Below, piece after piece: positions 10,606 to 19,614 of a stretch of DNA of 64,000 bases. Numbering within the stretch: position 1 is the first letter of the stretch; each line of letters starts with the position of its first letter. This stretch comes from an uncultured bacterium (GTDB lineage Bacteria; Actinomycetota; Acidimicrobiia; Spongiisociales; UBA5794), in contig CAWDDT010000007.1 in the NCBI GenBank assembly GCA_963801165.1, forward strand, positions 96,001-160,000. The letters run 5' to 3'. The position numbers and the translations under genes were made by a program. Under the pieces are notes generated by a model. It had not been told where the DNA came from, did no database searches, and was given only the letters and a program-made list of their open reading frames with translations.

Positions 10606-10819
10606 GCCGCAATCCACGGTTTCAGGTTGTCGGATCGCTCGATTGGCGTGGCCCCACCGTGATCGCGGTGGGGATCGCGTCCACGCACAGAGCGAAGCTG
10701 ACGAAACCGCCACGCCCCAGATTCCATTGCGGATCGAGCCATTCCTCCTCCCCGATCCGCACACCGCGGCTGAGCGAGTATCGTGGCTGTCTTGCATTCG
10801 ATTTCCCCGAGGTGTTGAT

Positions 10820-11719
10820 TTGAAGCGCTATCTGATTTGTGCCGCGGTTGTGGCCATGTTCGCTGCCGCTTGCGGCGGCGGTGGCAATGTCGCGGCCACT
10901 GTGAACGGGTCCGACATACAGGAGGCGACGGTGAGGAGCCTGGTCTCGGCCGATCAGGAGATGACCGATGCCGACTTCCGTGGTGTCCTCACCGCCATCG
11001 TCGAGTGGACCGCGATCAACGATGCCGCCAGTGCCGATTTCGGTATCGAGCCGACCGACCAGGAGATATCGGACTACTCGGACGGCATGGTCACCGATGC
11101 CGGTGTCTCCCGTGATGACTACCTGACGCAGAATCAGGTGTCGGAAGCTGGCTTTCTGCTCTACGCCGAGCAGCTTCTGATCGCAGACAAGGTGTTGGAG
11201 ATCTTCCGGCCCCAGGTCGCGACTCCCACCGCTGAGGAGGCTCAGCAGGCTCTGGCGGACGATCCGCTCTCGTGGACCACGGTGTGTGCATCCCACCTCC
11301 TAGTGGGGACCGCGGACGAAGCGAATGCCGCTCTCGCCCGGCTCGACGCAGGTGAGGACTTCGCCACGGTGGCGACCGATGTGTCGATCGATACCACGAG
11401 CGGCGCCAACGGCGGGGACCTCGGTTGTGTATCCCCTTCGCAGTGGGACCCGGACTTCGCCGACGCCGCGATGAACGCTGAAATCGGCGCCGTGACCGGG
11501 CCGGTGGAGACTCAGTTTGGGTTCCACCTCATCCTGGTCACGAGCCGTACCGAGGATACGACCGACGAGATCATCAGCCAGCTTGCGGATCAGCGTCTGT
11601 CCGACCTGGTGGGCGGGTGGTACCTGACCTCCGTTACCGACGCCGCGATCACCGTCGACCCCCAGTTCGGCACGTGGCAGACGGACCCGGCTCCGCAGAT
11701 CGTCGCTCCCGAGTCGTAA
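10820..11719 (+). CDS. PpiC/parvulin-type peptidyl-prolyl isomerase lipoprotein (PrsA-like foldase)
   Basis: Lipobox FAAAC; CASHLLV, SIDTTSGANGGDLG, GPVETQFGFHLI; TTG start at 10820 inferred. Confidence 0.85.
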   Translation: MKRYLICAAVVAMFAAACGGGGNVAATVNGSDIQEATVRSLVSADQEMTDADFRGVLTAIVEWTAINDAASADFGIEPTDQEISDYSDGMVTDAGVSRDDYLTQNQVSEAGFLLYAEQLLIADKVLEIFRPQVATPTAEEAQQALADDPLSWTTVCASHLLVGTADEANAALARLDAGEDFATVATDVSIDTTSGANGGDLGCVSPSQWDPDFADAAMNAEIGAVTGPVETQFGFHLILVTSRTEDTTDEIISQLADQRLSDLVGGWYLTSVTDAAITVDPQFGTWQTDPAPQIVAPES

Positions 11720-13084
11720 ATGGCGCGCCGCCGGTTTGGGGTCCTCGCCGACACCGCGGACACACCGGTTCGCGGTGAGATCCGGTTTCGCCCCGGTGCC
11801 CTCATCGTCTGTGATCCGGACGGCCGGATCGAGATGGTCGTGGAGCCGGGCGATGGCCAGTACGACAGTGTGAGGCAGGCCCTCGAGGCGAGCGGCGACC
11901 TGATTGCTGCCGGTCGGGGCGTCGTGCTGCTCCCCGGGTTCGTCGACCTGCACAACCATGCGCCACAATGGCCCCAGCTGGGCAAGGCACTCGACGTGCC
12001 GCTCGAGGTCTGGCTCGACCGCTATACGTTCCCGCTGGAGGCACGTTTTGCCGACCCCGCGTTCGCCGAGCGGGTCTATCGATCGTTGGTCGATCGGACG
12101 CTGCGCAATGGGACCACCACAGCCGTCTATTTCGGCACAGTGCACCAACGAGCAACCCGGCTGCTGGTGGACATCTGCCTCGAGTACGGCCAGCGGGCGG
12201 TGGTGGGCAAGGTGGCTATGGATCTGGAGGAGACCTGTCCCGATTACTACCGCGACGAGTCGGCGGCCGCGGCGATCTCGGCCACTGCCGACTTCATCGA
12301 ATACGTGAGGGCCCATACCCAGAACGAGAACGAGCTGGTACTGGCGGCCGCGACTCCCCGGTTCATCCCGAGTTGCAGCGACGAGTTGCTGACGGGGATG
12401 GGGGAGCTCGTCGCCGCAACGTCGTGTCTGGTGCAGACCCACTGTTCGGAGTCGGACTGGGCGCACCACTACGGTCTCGATCGATACGGGCGTTCCGATG
12501 TGCTCTCGTACGACGCGTTCGGTCTGCTGCGGCGGGGAACGGTGCTCGCCCACTCCAACTTCATCGACGCCGCCGACATGGACCTGGTCGCTGCCCGCGG
12601 TGCCGCGGTGGCCCATTGCCCGCTCTCCAACGCCTTCTTCGCCAATGCTGTCTTCCCGGTGCGGCGCGCTCTGGAGCGAGGCGTCACAGTCGGGCTGGGC
12701 ACGGACGTCTCAGGCGGTCCGCACCCGTCCCTCATGCGTACGGCGGCCGACACGGTCGTGGTCTCCCGGATGCTGGAGGACGGTGTCGATTCGCATCTCC
12801 CCGCCGATGTACGCGGCGTCGCCGGGAGCCGGGTGTCGTTCGCCGAGGCCCTGTGGATGGCAACGAGTGGCGGGGGTAAGGCCCTGGGTCTCCCCATCGG
12901 TCTCATCGAGCCCGGTTATCGCTTTGATGCCGTTGCGGTAGACACCTCACGGACCGACACCGATCTGATCGTTTGGCCGGATCTCGACACCCCGGCGGAC
13001 ATCGTGCAGAAGATCCTCAACAATGCGGCGCCTGTGGACATCGCCACGGTATGGGTCGACGGCCGGATCGTGGTGGGTGGCTGA
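11720..13084 (+). CDS. guaD: Guanine deaminase
   Basis: LPGFVDLHNHAPQW, TPRFIPSCS, QTHCSES, HCPLSN, GLGTDVSGG amidohydrolase motifs. Confidence 0.9.
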   Translation: MARRRFGVLADTADTPVRGEIRFRPGALIVCDPDGRIEMVVEPGDGQYDSVRQALEASGDLIAAGRGVVLLPGFVDLHNHAPQWPQLGKALDVPLEVWLDRYTFPLEARFADPAFAERVYRSLVDRTLRNGTTTAVYFGTVHQRATRLLVDICLEYGQRAVVGKVAMDLEETCPDYYRDESAAAAISATADFIEYVRAHTQNENELVLAAATPRFIPSCSDELLTGMGELVAATSCLVQTHCSESDWAHHYGLDRYGRSDVLSYDAFGLLRRGTVLAHSNFIDAADMDLVAARGAAVAHCPLSNAFFANAVFPVRRALERGVTVGLGTDVSGGPHPSLMRTAADTVVVSRMLEDGVDSHLPADVRGVAGSRVSFAEALWMATSGGGKALGLPIGLIEPGYRFDAVAVDTSRTDTDLIVWPDLDTPADIVQKILNNAAPVDIATVWVDGRIVVGG

Positions 13085-13774
13085 CTACCAGTCGGGCCGG
13101 ACGAGGGTGGCTCCCCGGTCGACACGCAGTGTCGTTCCGGTGACTGCAGCACTGAGGTCGCCGTTGAGCAGGAACCACACCGCCTTGCCGACATCGACGG
13201 GGTGAACGGTGACATGGCCGAGCGGCGTGGCCCTGTTGCCGTGCGGTTGCCCGTGCCGGGTCGATCCCACCGGGCCGCAGGCCACGGCGTTGACCCGGAT
13301 GGCGTTCGGGGCCACCCGGGCCGCCAGGTTCTCCATCTCGCTGCGGAGGAACACGGCAACCGGACCGGCGGGGCCGGCTCGCTCGATCGGTATCACGAAC
13401 ACGATGCTGCCCGCGTGTCCCCGATCCTGCATCCCGGTGGCCACGGTGGAGGCGAGGTCGATCCAGGGCAGGCACGACTCCAAATCGTCGTCCCGTGGTG
13501 GGTTGACGACGAGGTCGTCGATCCGCATCGATGGTGATGCACTCAGACGCTCGACAAGGACGGTGTCGATCGGGTGCGGCGGGTTGTCGATCCTGGCGAT
13601 CGCCACATCGAGCAGGGCGGTGTCCGTTGCCGCCGCGGTGACCGTTGCCCCGGCGCGAGCGATGACGTTGAGCACACCGGGCCCGGGGCCGGCGACGGCG
13701 TCGGCGATCAGGACCGCCCTGCCTTCGAACGAACCCGCCACTCCTTTGATCCGGTCGGCTCGCTTGCGAAACAT
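13085..13774 (-). CDS. Atypical (degenerate) SDR-family oxidoreductase-like protein
   Basis: IRVNAVACG and VTGTTLRVDRG SDR C-terminal motifs; no canonical TGxxxGxG or YxxxK; ATG 6 nt after TATGCT. Confidence 0.65.
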   Translation of the reverse strand: MFRKRADRIKGVAGSFEGRAVLIADAVAGPGPGVLNVIARAGATVTAAATDTALLDVAIARIDNPPHPIDTVLVERLSASPSMRIDDLVVNPPRDDDLESCLPWIDLASTVATGMQDRGHAGSIVFVIPIERAGPAGPVAVFLRSEMENLAARVAPNAIRVNAVACGPVGSTRHGQPHGNRATPLGHVTVHPVDVGKAVWFLLNGDLSAAVTGTTLRVDRGATLVRPDW

Positions 13775-13835
13775 GCCAGGAGCATACGCCGACGGGGGTC
13801 TGTTCTTTGTCGGGGGTACCCGGTAGGTTGGCCCC

Positions 13836-14522
13836 ATGAGCAAGAGATATTTCACGCCAAGACTGTTTGCGTTCTTCAGAGACCTCGCTAAGAACAACAA
13901 CCGCGAGTGGTTCAAGGAGAACCAGGACGTCTACGAGAGCTACGTGCGGGAACCCGCCCTGGATTTCATCAACGACTTCGCCGGTCCTCTCGCCGGGATC
14001 AGCAGCCATTTCGTCGTCGATTCACGCAAGGTGGGCGGCTCGCTGTTTCGCATCCAGCGTGATACGCGCTTCGCCAAGGACAAGACGCCGTACAAGCCGA
14101 ACACGGGAATGCAGTTCCGCCACCGCGCCGGCAAGGATGTGCACGCCCCGGGCTTCTACATCCACCTACAGCCGGGGGAGTGCTTCGTCGGTGCCGGGCT
14201 GTGGCATCCGGAGACTGCGGCCGCCTATGCCATTCGGGAGAAGATCGACGAAGACAGGGCGGCGTGGAAGCGGGCCACCAGGTCCAAGCGGTTCACCGAG
14301 CGCCTGGCGCTCGGAGGCGACTCGCTGTCACGACCACCGCGTGGCTTCGATGCGGATCACCCTCTGATCGACGATCTGAAACGTAAGGACTTCATAGCAT
14401 CGACTCCGCTGACACAAGCGACGGTCACCTCGGATCGGCTCATGGATGACTTCACCGACGTGTGCCGGCGCTCGGCACCCTTGATGAAGTTCTTGTGCGA
14501 GGCGGTCGGCATTCCATTCTGA
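13836..14522 (+). CDS. DUF2461 (TIGR02453) family protein
   Basis: LAKNNNREWF, FRIQRDTRFAKDKTPYK, PPRGFDADHP. Confidence 0.9.
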   Translation: MSKRYFTPRLFAFFRDLAKNNNREWFKENQDVYESYVREPALDFINDFAGPLAGISSHFVVDSRKVGGSLFRIQRDTRFAKDKTPYKPNTGMQFRHRAGKDVHAPGFYIHLQPGECFVGAGLWHPETAAAYAIREKIDEDRAAWKRATRSKRFTERLALGGDSLSRPPRGFDADHPLIDDLKRKDFIASTPLTQATVTSDRLMDDFTDVCRRSAPLMKFLCEAVGIPF

Positions 14523-14537
14523 CCCGGCGATCTAGCA

Positions 14538-14567
14538 GGGGCCCCGGTCGTGTCGAGCCGGGGCCTC
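14538..14567. terminator. Hairpin between convergent DUF2461 and tal genes
   Basis: GGCCCCGG...CCGGGGCC inverted repeat. Confidence 0.5.
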
Positions 14568-14583
14568 CACAAACCCGGTGAAC

Positions 14584-15666
14584 CTACAACTCGGCGATCT
14601 TGCCTGCTACCGCATCGAGAAGGTCGTCGAACGAGTCCTGGAACGCCTTGACACCGGCCACCTTGAGATCGGCGGTGATCTCGTCGAAGTCGATGCCGAA
14701 CTCGGCCAGCACGGCAATGTCGTGTCGAGCGTCTGCCACGTTGTTGGCCAGATCTGCCTTGGAGACGTCTCCGTGGTCGAGGAACGCATCGATCGTTGCC
14801 GGTGGCATCGTGTTGACCGTGTTGGGGCCGATCAGAGGCTCGACATAGAGCACGTCGGAGTACGCGGGGTTCTTGGTCCCGGTGCTGGCCCACAAGACGC
14901 GCTGCGCCCGGGCGCCGCGGGCGCGCAAGTCGGCAAAATCGGCGGTCTCGAAGATCTCGCGGTAGCGGTCGTAGGCGAGCTTGGCGTTGGCGACCGCGGC
15001 CTTGCCGCGCTGCGCCATGGCGGCATCCGAGCCGTTCTTCTCCAGAGCGGAGTCGGTGCTGGTGTCGACGCGGCTCACGAAGAACGAGGCGACGGACGCG
15101 ATCTTCTCAGGCTGTTGCGCGCGGCGGAGACCCCTCACATACGCCTGGGCGACGGCCTCGTAGTCCCCGAGCGAGAACATCAACGTGGAGTTGACATTGA
15201 CACCGGCGGCGATCAAATCCTCGATCGCGGGGACGCCCTCATCGGTTGCGGGGACCTTGATCATCAGGTTGGGCCGGTCGACGAGGTTCCACAGACGATG
15301 AGCGTCGGCGATGGTGCCCTCTGTGTCGTAGGCCAGGTGCGGCGAGACCTCCAGGCTGACGTATCCGTCGTCACCGCCGCTCGAGTCGTAGACCCCGCGC
15401 AACAAGTCGGCCGCTTCCTGGATATCGGCGACGGCGAGGCTCTCGAAGACGGCGACGGCCGAAGCGTCATCGGCTGCCGCGGCGATGGCGCCGTCGTAGT
15501 CGGCGGAGCCGGCTATGGCATTCTTGAAGATGGCCGGGTTGGAGGTCAGCCCGCGGATTCCGTCGTCGACCATCGACGCCAGCTCACCGTTCTCGAGAAT
15601 GTCGCGACGGATGAAATCGAGCCAGACCGATTGGCCTACATCGTGCAGATCGTGGAGCTTGCCCAT
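14584..15666 (-). CDS. tal: Transaldolase
   Basis: GQSVWLD, GLTSNPAIF, VSLEVSP, NLMIKVPAT, SVASFFVSRVD, LWASTGTKNP. Confidence 0.95.
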   Translation of the reverse strand: MGKLHDLHDVGQSVWLDFIRRDILENGELASMVDDGIRGLTSNPAIFKNAIAGSADYDGAIAAAADDASAVAVFESLAVADIQEAADLLRGVYDSSGGDDGYVSLEVSPHLAYDTEGTIADAHRLWNLVDRPNLMIKVPATDEGVPAIEDLIAAGVNVNSTLMFSLGDYEAVAQAYVRGLRRAQQPEKIASVASFFVSRVDTSTDSALEKNGSDAAMAQRGKAAVANAKLAYDRYREIFETADFADLRARGARAQRVLWASTGTKNPAYSDVLYVEPLIGPNTVNTMPPATIDAFLDHGDVSKADLANNVADARHDIAVLAEFGIDFDEITADLKVAGVKAFQDSFDDLLDAVAGKIAEL

Positions 15667-15745
15667 CGGAATTCCTCTTTCTGGTTTGGGTAGTCGTGGC
15701 GTAAGCCAACCTTACCCGTATGGGATCGTATGCAAACGTGTGCGC

Positions 15746-16615
15746 TCACCTGAGAAGGGCGGCGATCCGGTCGCGCAGAGCTTCCCCCAGCTCCGGATGC
15801 TCCAGACCGTAGGCGATCCCGGCCTCCAGGAATCCGAGCTTGTCGCCACAGTCGAATCGGGTGCCGGCGAGCTTGAGACCATGAAACGGGCTCTTGCCGA
15901 CGAGGTCGATCATGGAGTCTGTTAACTGGATTTCGTTACCCGCGCCCGTCTTGCCGCGACCGAGGTACTCCATCACCTCGGGTTGCAGGATGTACCTGCC
16001 GACGATGGCGAGGTTGGAGGGTGCGTCTTCAGGGGCGGGCTTCTCGACCAGACCCTTGATCTCGACGAGCCGGCCGTCGACCTCGCCCGGGGTGATCACG
16101 CCATAGCGCGCGGTCTGTTCCGGCGGAACCTCCATCAGTGAGACGACGCTGCCACCGTGCTTCTCGTACACCTCTACCAGTTCGACGAGTGTCGGCTTGT
16201 CGGCCTTGATGAGATCGTCTGCGAGCAGGACGGCAAAGGGCTCGTCGCCGATGAGGTTCCGGGCACACCACACGGCGTGGCCGAGTCCGAGGGGCGCCAT
16301 CTGACGCACGTAGGCGATCTGGCCCGGTTCGAGCTTCGGAGCGTTGATCAATGCCAGCTCTTTGTCCTTGCCGCGCTCGGTGAGGGTGGTTTCGAGCTCG
16401 AAGTCGCTGTCGAAATGGTCCTCGATGGCGTTCTTGCCACGGCCGGTGACGAAGATGAACTCCTCGATTCCAGCCGCCCTCGCTTCATCCATGACGTACT
16501 CGATGAGCGGCCTGTCGACTACCGGCAGCATCTCCTTCGGCAGAGTTTTGGTAGCGGGGAGAAATCGGGTACCGAGCCCTCCCGCCGGGAAGATTGCCTT
16601 GCGAACAGGTTTCAA
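15746..16615 (-). CDS. galU: UTP--glucose-1-phosphate uridylyltransferase
   Basis: KAIFPAGGLGTRFLPATK, PKEMLPVVD, LGLGHAVWCA, VEKP; TTG start after GAAGGGA. Confidence 0.93.
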   Translation of the reverse strand: MKPVRKAIFPAGGLGTRFLPATKTLPKEMLPVVDRPLIEYVMDEARAAGIEEFIFVTGRGKNAIEDHFDSDFELETTLTERGKDKELALINAPKLEPGQIAYVRQMAPLGLGHAVWCARNLIGDEPFAVLLADDLIKADKPTLVELVEVYEKHGGSVVSLMEVPPEQTARYGVITPGEVDGRLVEIKGLVEKPAPEDAPSNLAIVGRYILQPEVMEYLGRGKTGAGNEIQLTDSMIDLVGKSPFHGLKLAGTRFDCGDKLGFLEAGIAYGLEHPELGEALRDRIAALLR

Positions 16616-16723
16616 GATGACGTTCCCTTCATAGCGCCCTTCATGGAGCACGGTGCATCGTATCGGTCGTGCCTGAGATTGGCACCCCACCCGAGCCGGC
16701 CGTCGGCCATACCGCCGTCAACG

Positions 16724-17182
16724 CTAGAGGACGGCGTCACCTACCCGGGCAACGTGGGCTTTGGCACGCACGTTGTACCAGGCGTGCTCGATCACCCCGC
16801 TCCCGTCCACCACAAAAGTGGAGCGGATGATGCCCTCGTACTCCTTGCCATAGTTCTTCTTCATCCCCCAGGCACCGAAGTCAATTGCCATGGAGTGATC
16901 CTCGTCGCTGAGTAGGGCAAACGGCAGCTCGTAGTCCTTGCGGAACTTGGCAAGGCGCGCCACGGGGTCGGGGCTGACGCCGACTACGTCATAGCCTGCG
17001 TCGAGAAAGCGGTGATAGTTGTCGCGAAAGTCGCATGACTCGCCCGTGCAACCGGGGGTGAATGCCTTGGGGTAGAAGTAGATGACGAGACCGCGACCGG
17101 CGAAGTCCTTGTCCGTCCGTTGGCTGCCCTGGTCGTCGATCCGGCTGAAGCCGGGCATCTTGGTCCCTGGTTCGAGTTTCAT
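16724..17182 (-). CDS. bcp: Peroxiredoxin, BCP/PrxQ family
   Basis: YFYPKAFTPGCTGESCDFRD, GIIRSTFVVD. Confidence 0.92.
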   Translation of the reverse strand: MKLEPGTKMPGFSRIDDQGSQRTDKDFAGRGLVIYFYPKAFTPGCTGESCDFRDNYHRFLDAGYDVVGVSPDPVARLAKFRKDYELPFALLSDEDHSMAIDFGAWGMKKNYGKEYEGIIRSTFVVDGSGVIEHAWYNVRAKAHVARVGDAVL

Positions 17183-17238
17183 CCCGTCCTCGCTGTTCCT
17201 CGCGAACTGAGTTTGCTCTGCGAACTCTTGCGCTCACC

Positions 17239-18315
17239 CTAATCGTGGTTTGCAGACTGTCCGTCTCTGCCCGTTTCCTGCGCACTTCGTACCCGGAGCT
17301 GGCCACAGGCCGCATCGATCTGCCGACCGCGTGTCTCGCGTTGGGTTGCGTTGGCCCCGAGATCGTTCAGCTGAGCTACGAACTCCGCGACCGCGAGCCG
17401 GCCGGGACGCCGGTAGGAGGTGAGCGGGGTGGGGTTCAGAGCGATCACGTTGATGTGAGCGTGCAGCTCTGCGGCGATGGCGGCCAGCTTTCTCGCCTGT
17501 TCGCTCGTATCGTTGACACCCTCCATCATCGTCCATTCCAGGGACACACGTCTGCCGGTGCTTGCGAAGAAGTAGGCCGCAGCGTCAATGAGCTCGCGCA
17601 ACGGGTAGCGGTTGTTGAGCGGCACGAGCGTCGAGCGCAGCTCGTCGTCGGCGGCGTGCAGGCTGACGGCAAGACCCACCTGCCAGGGTTCCTCGGCGAG
17701 ACGCCTGATGCCGGGAACGACGCCGACGGTGGATACCGTGACCGATCGGGCGGCGAGATCGACAACGTCGATCATCCTGTGCAGCGACTCGCGAACATGC
17801 CGGTAGTTGGCCAGCGGTTCACCCATTCCCATGAAGACGACGTTGGTGACCCGGTCGGGACACCCCGGAAGAGGATGCTCCCGGAGAAAGGCATTGGCGA
17901 AGGTCACCTGCGCCACGATCTCGCCGGCGTCGAGGTGGCGTTCGAACCCAAATTGACCGGTGGCGCAGAACGTGCACCCCATGGCGCATCCCGCCTGCGA
18001 GGAGATGCACAGGGTATTGCGGTGTGGATACCCCATCAGCACCGCTTCGATCGAGGCGCCATCGCTGGCACGGAGCAGCCATTTCCGCGTCGTGCCACCG
18101 TCGGCCGATTGCTCTACCTCGACCGAGAACGGCCAGATCCGGTCGCTCAGCCTTTCCCGCAACTCGCCGGGAAGGTTTGTCATCTGACCGGCATCGAGCA
18201 CGGGATGCTCGTATAGCCACTGCTTGAGCTGATCGACGCGGTATGCCGGCTCGCCGGGAACCATGGTCGCCAGCTCATCGATGTCGAGCTGGTAGGCGCT
18301 GATCGGGGAGGTCAC
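17239..18315 (-). CDS. rlmN: 23S rRNA (adenine2503-C2)-methyltransferase RlmN
   Basis: Radical SAM CISSQAGCAMGCTFCATG, VFMGMGEPL, IDAACGQL; GTG start at 18315 inferred. Confidence 0.93.
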   Translation of the reverse strand: MTSPISAYQLDIDELATMVPGEPAYRVDQLKQWLYEHPVLDAGQMTNLPGELRERLSDRIWPFSVEVEQSADGGTTRKWLLRASDGASIEAVLMGYPHRNTLCISSQAGCAMGCTFCATGQFGFERHLDAGEIVAQVTFANAFLREHPLPGCPDRVTNVVFMGMGEPLANYRHVRESLHRMIDVVDLAARSVTVSTVGVVPGIRRLAEEPWQVGLAVSLHAADDELRSTLVPLNNRYPLRELIDAAAYFFASTGRRVSLEWTMMEGVNDTSEQARKLAAIAAELHAHINVIALNPTPLTSYRRPGRLAVAEFVAQLNDLGANATQRETRGRQIDAACGQLRVRSAQETGRDGQSANHD

Positions 18316-18322
18316 GGCTTTG

Positions 18323-18661
18323 TCAGCCGAGCCGGGCTCTGGCCTGGCTGATCCAGTCGGCGACTCTGGCTTCGGTCGTTCCAACGCCATCGGCGATGGT
18401 GGCGGCATCGATCTCCGATAATCCTCGGAACGATCGTATTCCGGCTTGTTCGAGCCTGGCGGCAAAGACCGGGCCGATCCCCTTGATCGCGGTTAGGTCG
18501 TCCGGTTCCTGGTGCGGTGGCGGTGGCGTCGATCGGTAGTGGGGCCGGGGATCGTCCTCGACCTTGGGCGCCGGCAGCAGACGCTCCCTGGTCAACCAGA
18601 CGATTGCCGCCAGGACCGCCAGCAAAGTGATGACACGAAGTAGTTTCTTCAACACGAGCAT
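18323..18661 (-). CDS. Membrane-anchored helix-hairpin-helix domain protein (DUF4332-like)
   Basis: N-terminal TM, Pro-rich linker, DDLTAIKGIGPVFAARL HhH motif; start may be GTG 18655. Confidence 0.75.
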   Translation of the reverse strand: MLVLKKLLRVITLLAVLAAIVWLTRERLLPAPKVEDDPRPHYRSTPPPPHQEPDDLTAIKGIGPVFAARLEQAGIRSFRGLSEIDAATIADGVGTTEARVADWISQARARLG

Positions 18662-18712
18662 GATTGTACGTGACCGCGGCGGGTGCTCTGCCAAACGGCC
18701 GGCACCGGCGTA

Positions 18713-19477
18713 TCAGGGACGGCAACTCCAATGCGACCAGGGATCGTCGCCCTGGTCGACCGACCTTTGCACCAACCACGCCGCGGTCGCGATGTTGGCT
18801 TCCGGGTCGAACGCTGAGGCGTCGGCAAACCCGGCGTTTGGCGATGCCCACGCCCACGTCCCGGGGATGAACTGAAACAGACCGGAAGCGCCCGATCCCG
18901 CGTTGTATGCGAGCGGGTCTCCCCGACTCTCGCATTTGATCACCGCCAGCGCCTCGTCGACGCGCTCTTCGGGGAAGTACTCCGAGGCGAGCGGTCGCCA
19001 TTCCTCGACGTCACGGGGGCCGCCTTCTACCGGCGGTTCGGTTGTGGTCGTCGTCGGTGGCGTGGTGGTCGTAGTGGTCGTCGCGGGCGGCGGAGCAGCG
19101 GTGGTCGTTGTCGTCGTGGTCGTCGTCGTGGTGGTGGTTGGCGGTGGCGACGTGGTTGTGGTGGTTGCGGGCGGCTTTGTCGTGGTCGTCGTGGTCGTCG
19201 TTGTCGTTGCCGTAGGCGCGGTCAGCGGAGCGGGAGAAGACGCGACTGTCATCAGCGTGGCTTCGGTTGTGGTCGTCTCCTCGGGCAGGTCGATCGACAT
19301 CATGCTGGCAAACGCTCCCGCGGCAACCCGGGCGCTGAGTGCGTCGGGAAGTTCGGCTGAGGTCGTCGCCACAGGCTCGGTGCCCGGGCTTTTCGCTGAG
19401 AAGGCAGCAAATCCGAGCGCGGCAATCAGGACCACGATCAATGATCCTGCCAACGAGATCTGAAAGCGAACCCGCAC
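18713..19477 (-). CDS. Secreted/anchored lytic transglycosylase (SLT-like) with Thr-rich linker
   Basis: N-terminal hydrophobic segment, poly-Thr/Pro linker, KCESRG catalytic Glu, ASGLFQF, DPEANI. Confidence 0.85.
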   Translation of the reverse strand: MRVRFQISLAGSLIVVLIAALGFAAFSAKSPGTEPVATTSAELPDALSARVAAGAFASMMSIDLPEETTTTEATLMTVASSPAPLTAPTATTTTTTTTTTKPPATTTTTSPPPTTTTTTTTTTTTTAAPPPATTTTTTTPPTTTTTEPPVEGGPRDVEEWRPLASEYFPEERVDEALAVIKCESRGDPLAYNAGSGASGLFQFIPGTWAWASPNAGFADASAFDPEANIATAAWLVQRSVDQGDDPWSHWSCRP

Positions 19478-19614
19478 TGAAGTTGTTCCGCTCCTCAATG
19501 GTCTGACGACCAGGCGCAACGCACGCCTGCGGCAACCTTAAGGCTTGAGCGACGCCGCAAGCAAGCCGGGCCTTGGCATGTACTGCCATACCATCGGCGT
19601 GTAGAGTTCGCGCC

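Noticed and set aside
19040-19215. GTC/GTG/GTT trinucleotide-like repeat as a DNA element
   Set aside because: It encodes the Thr-rich linker of the SLT protein.
19478-19610. c-di-AMP (ydaO) riboswitch upstream of the transglycosylase
   Set aside because: The conserved GCTGAATCC / GGGGAACC / CCCGTCAGCTAAC segments are not present.
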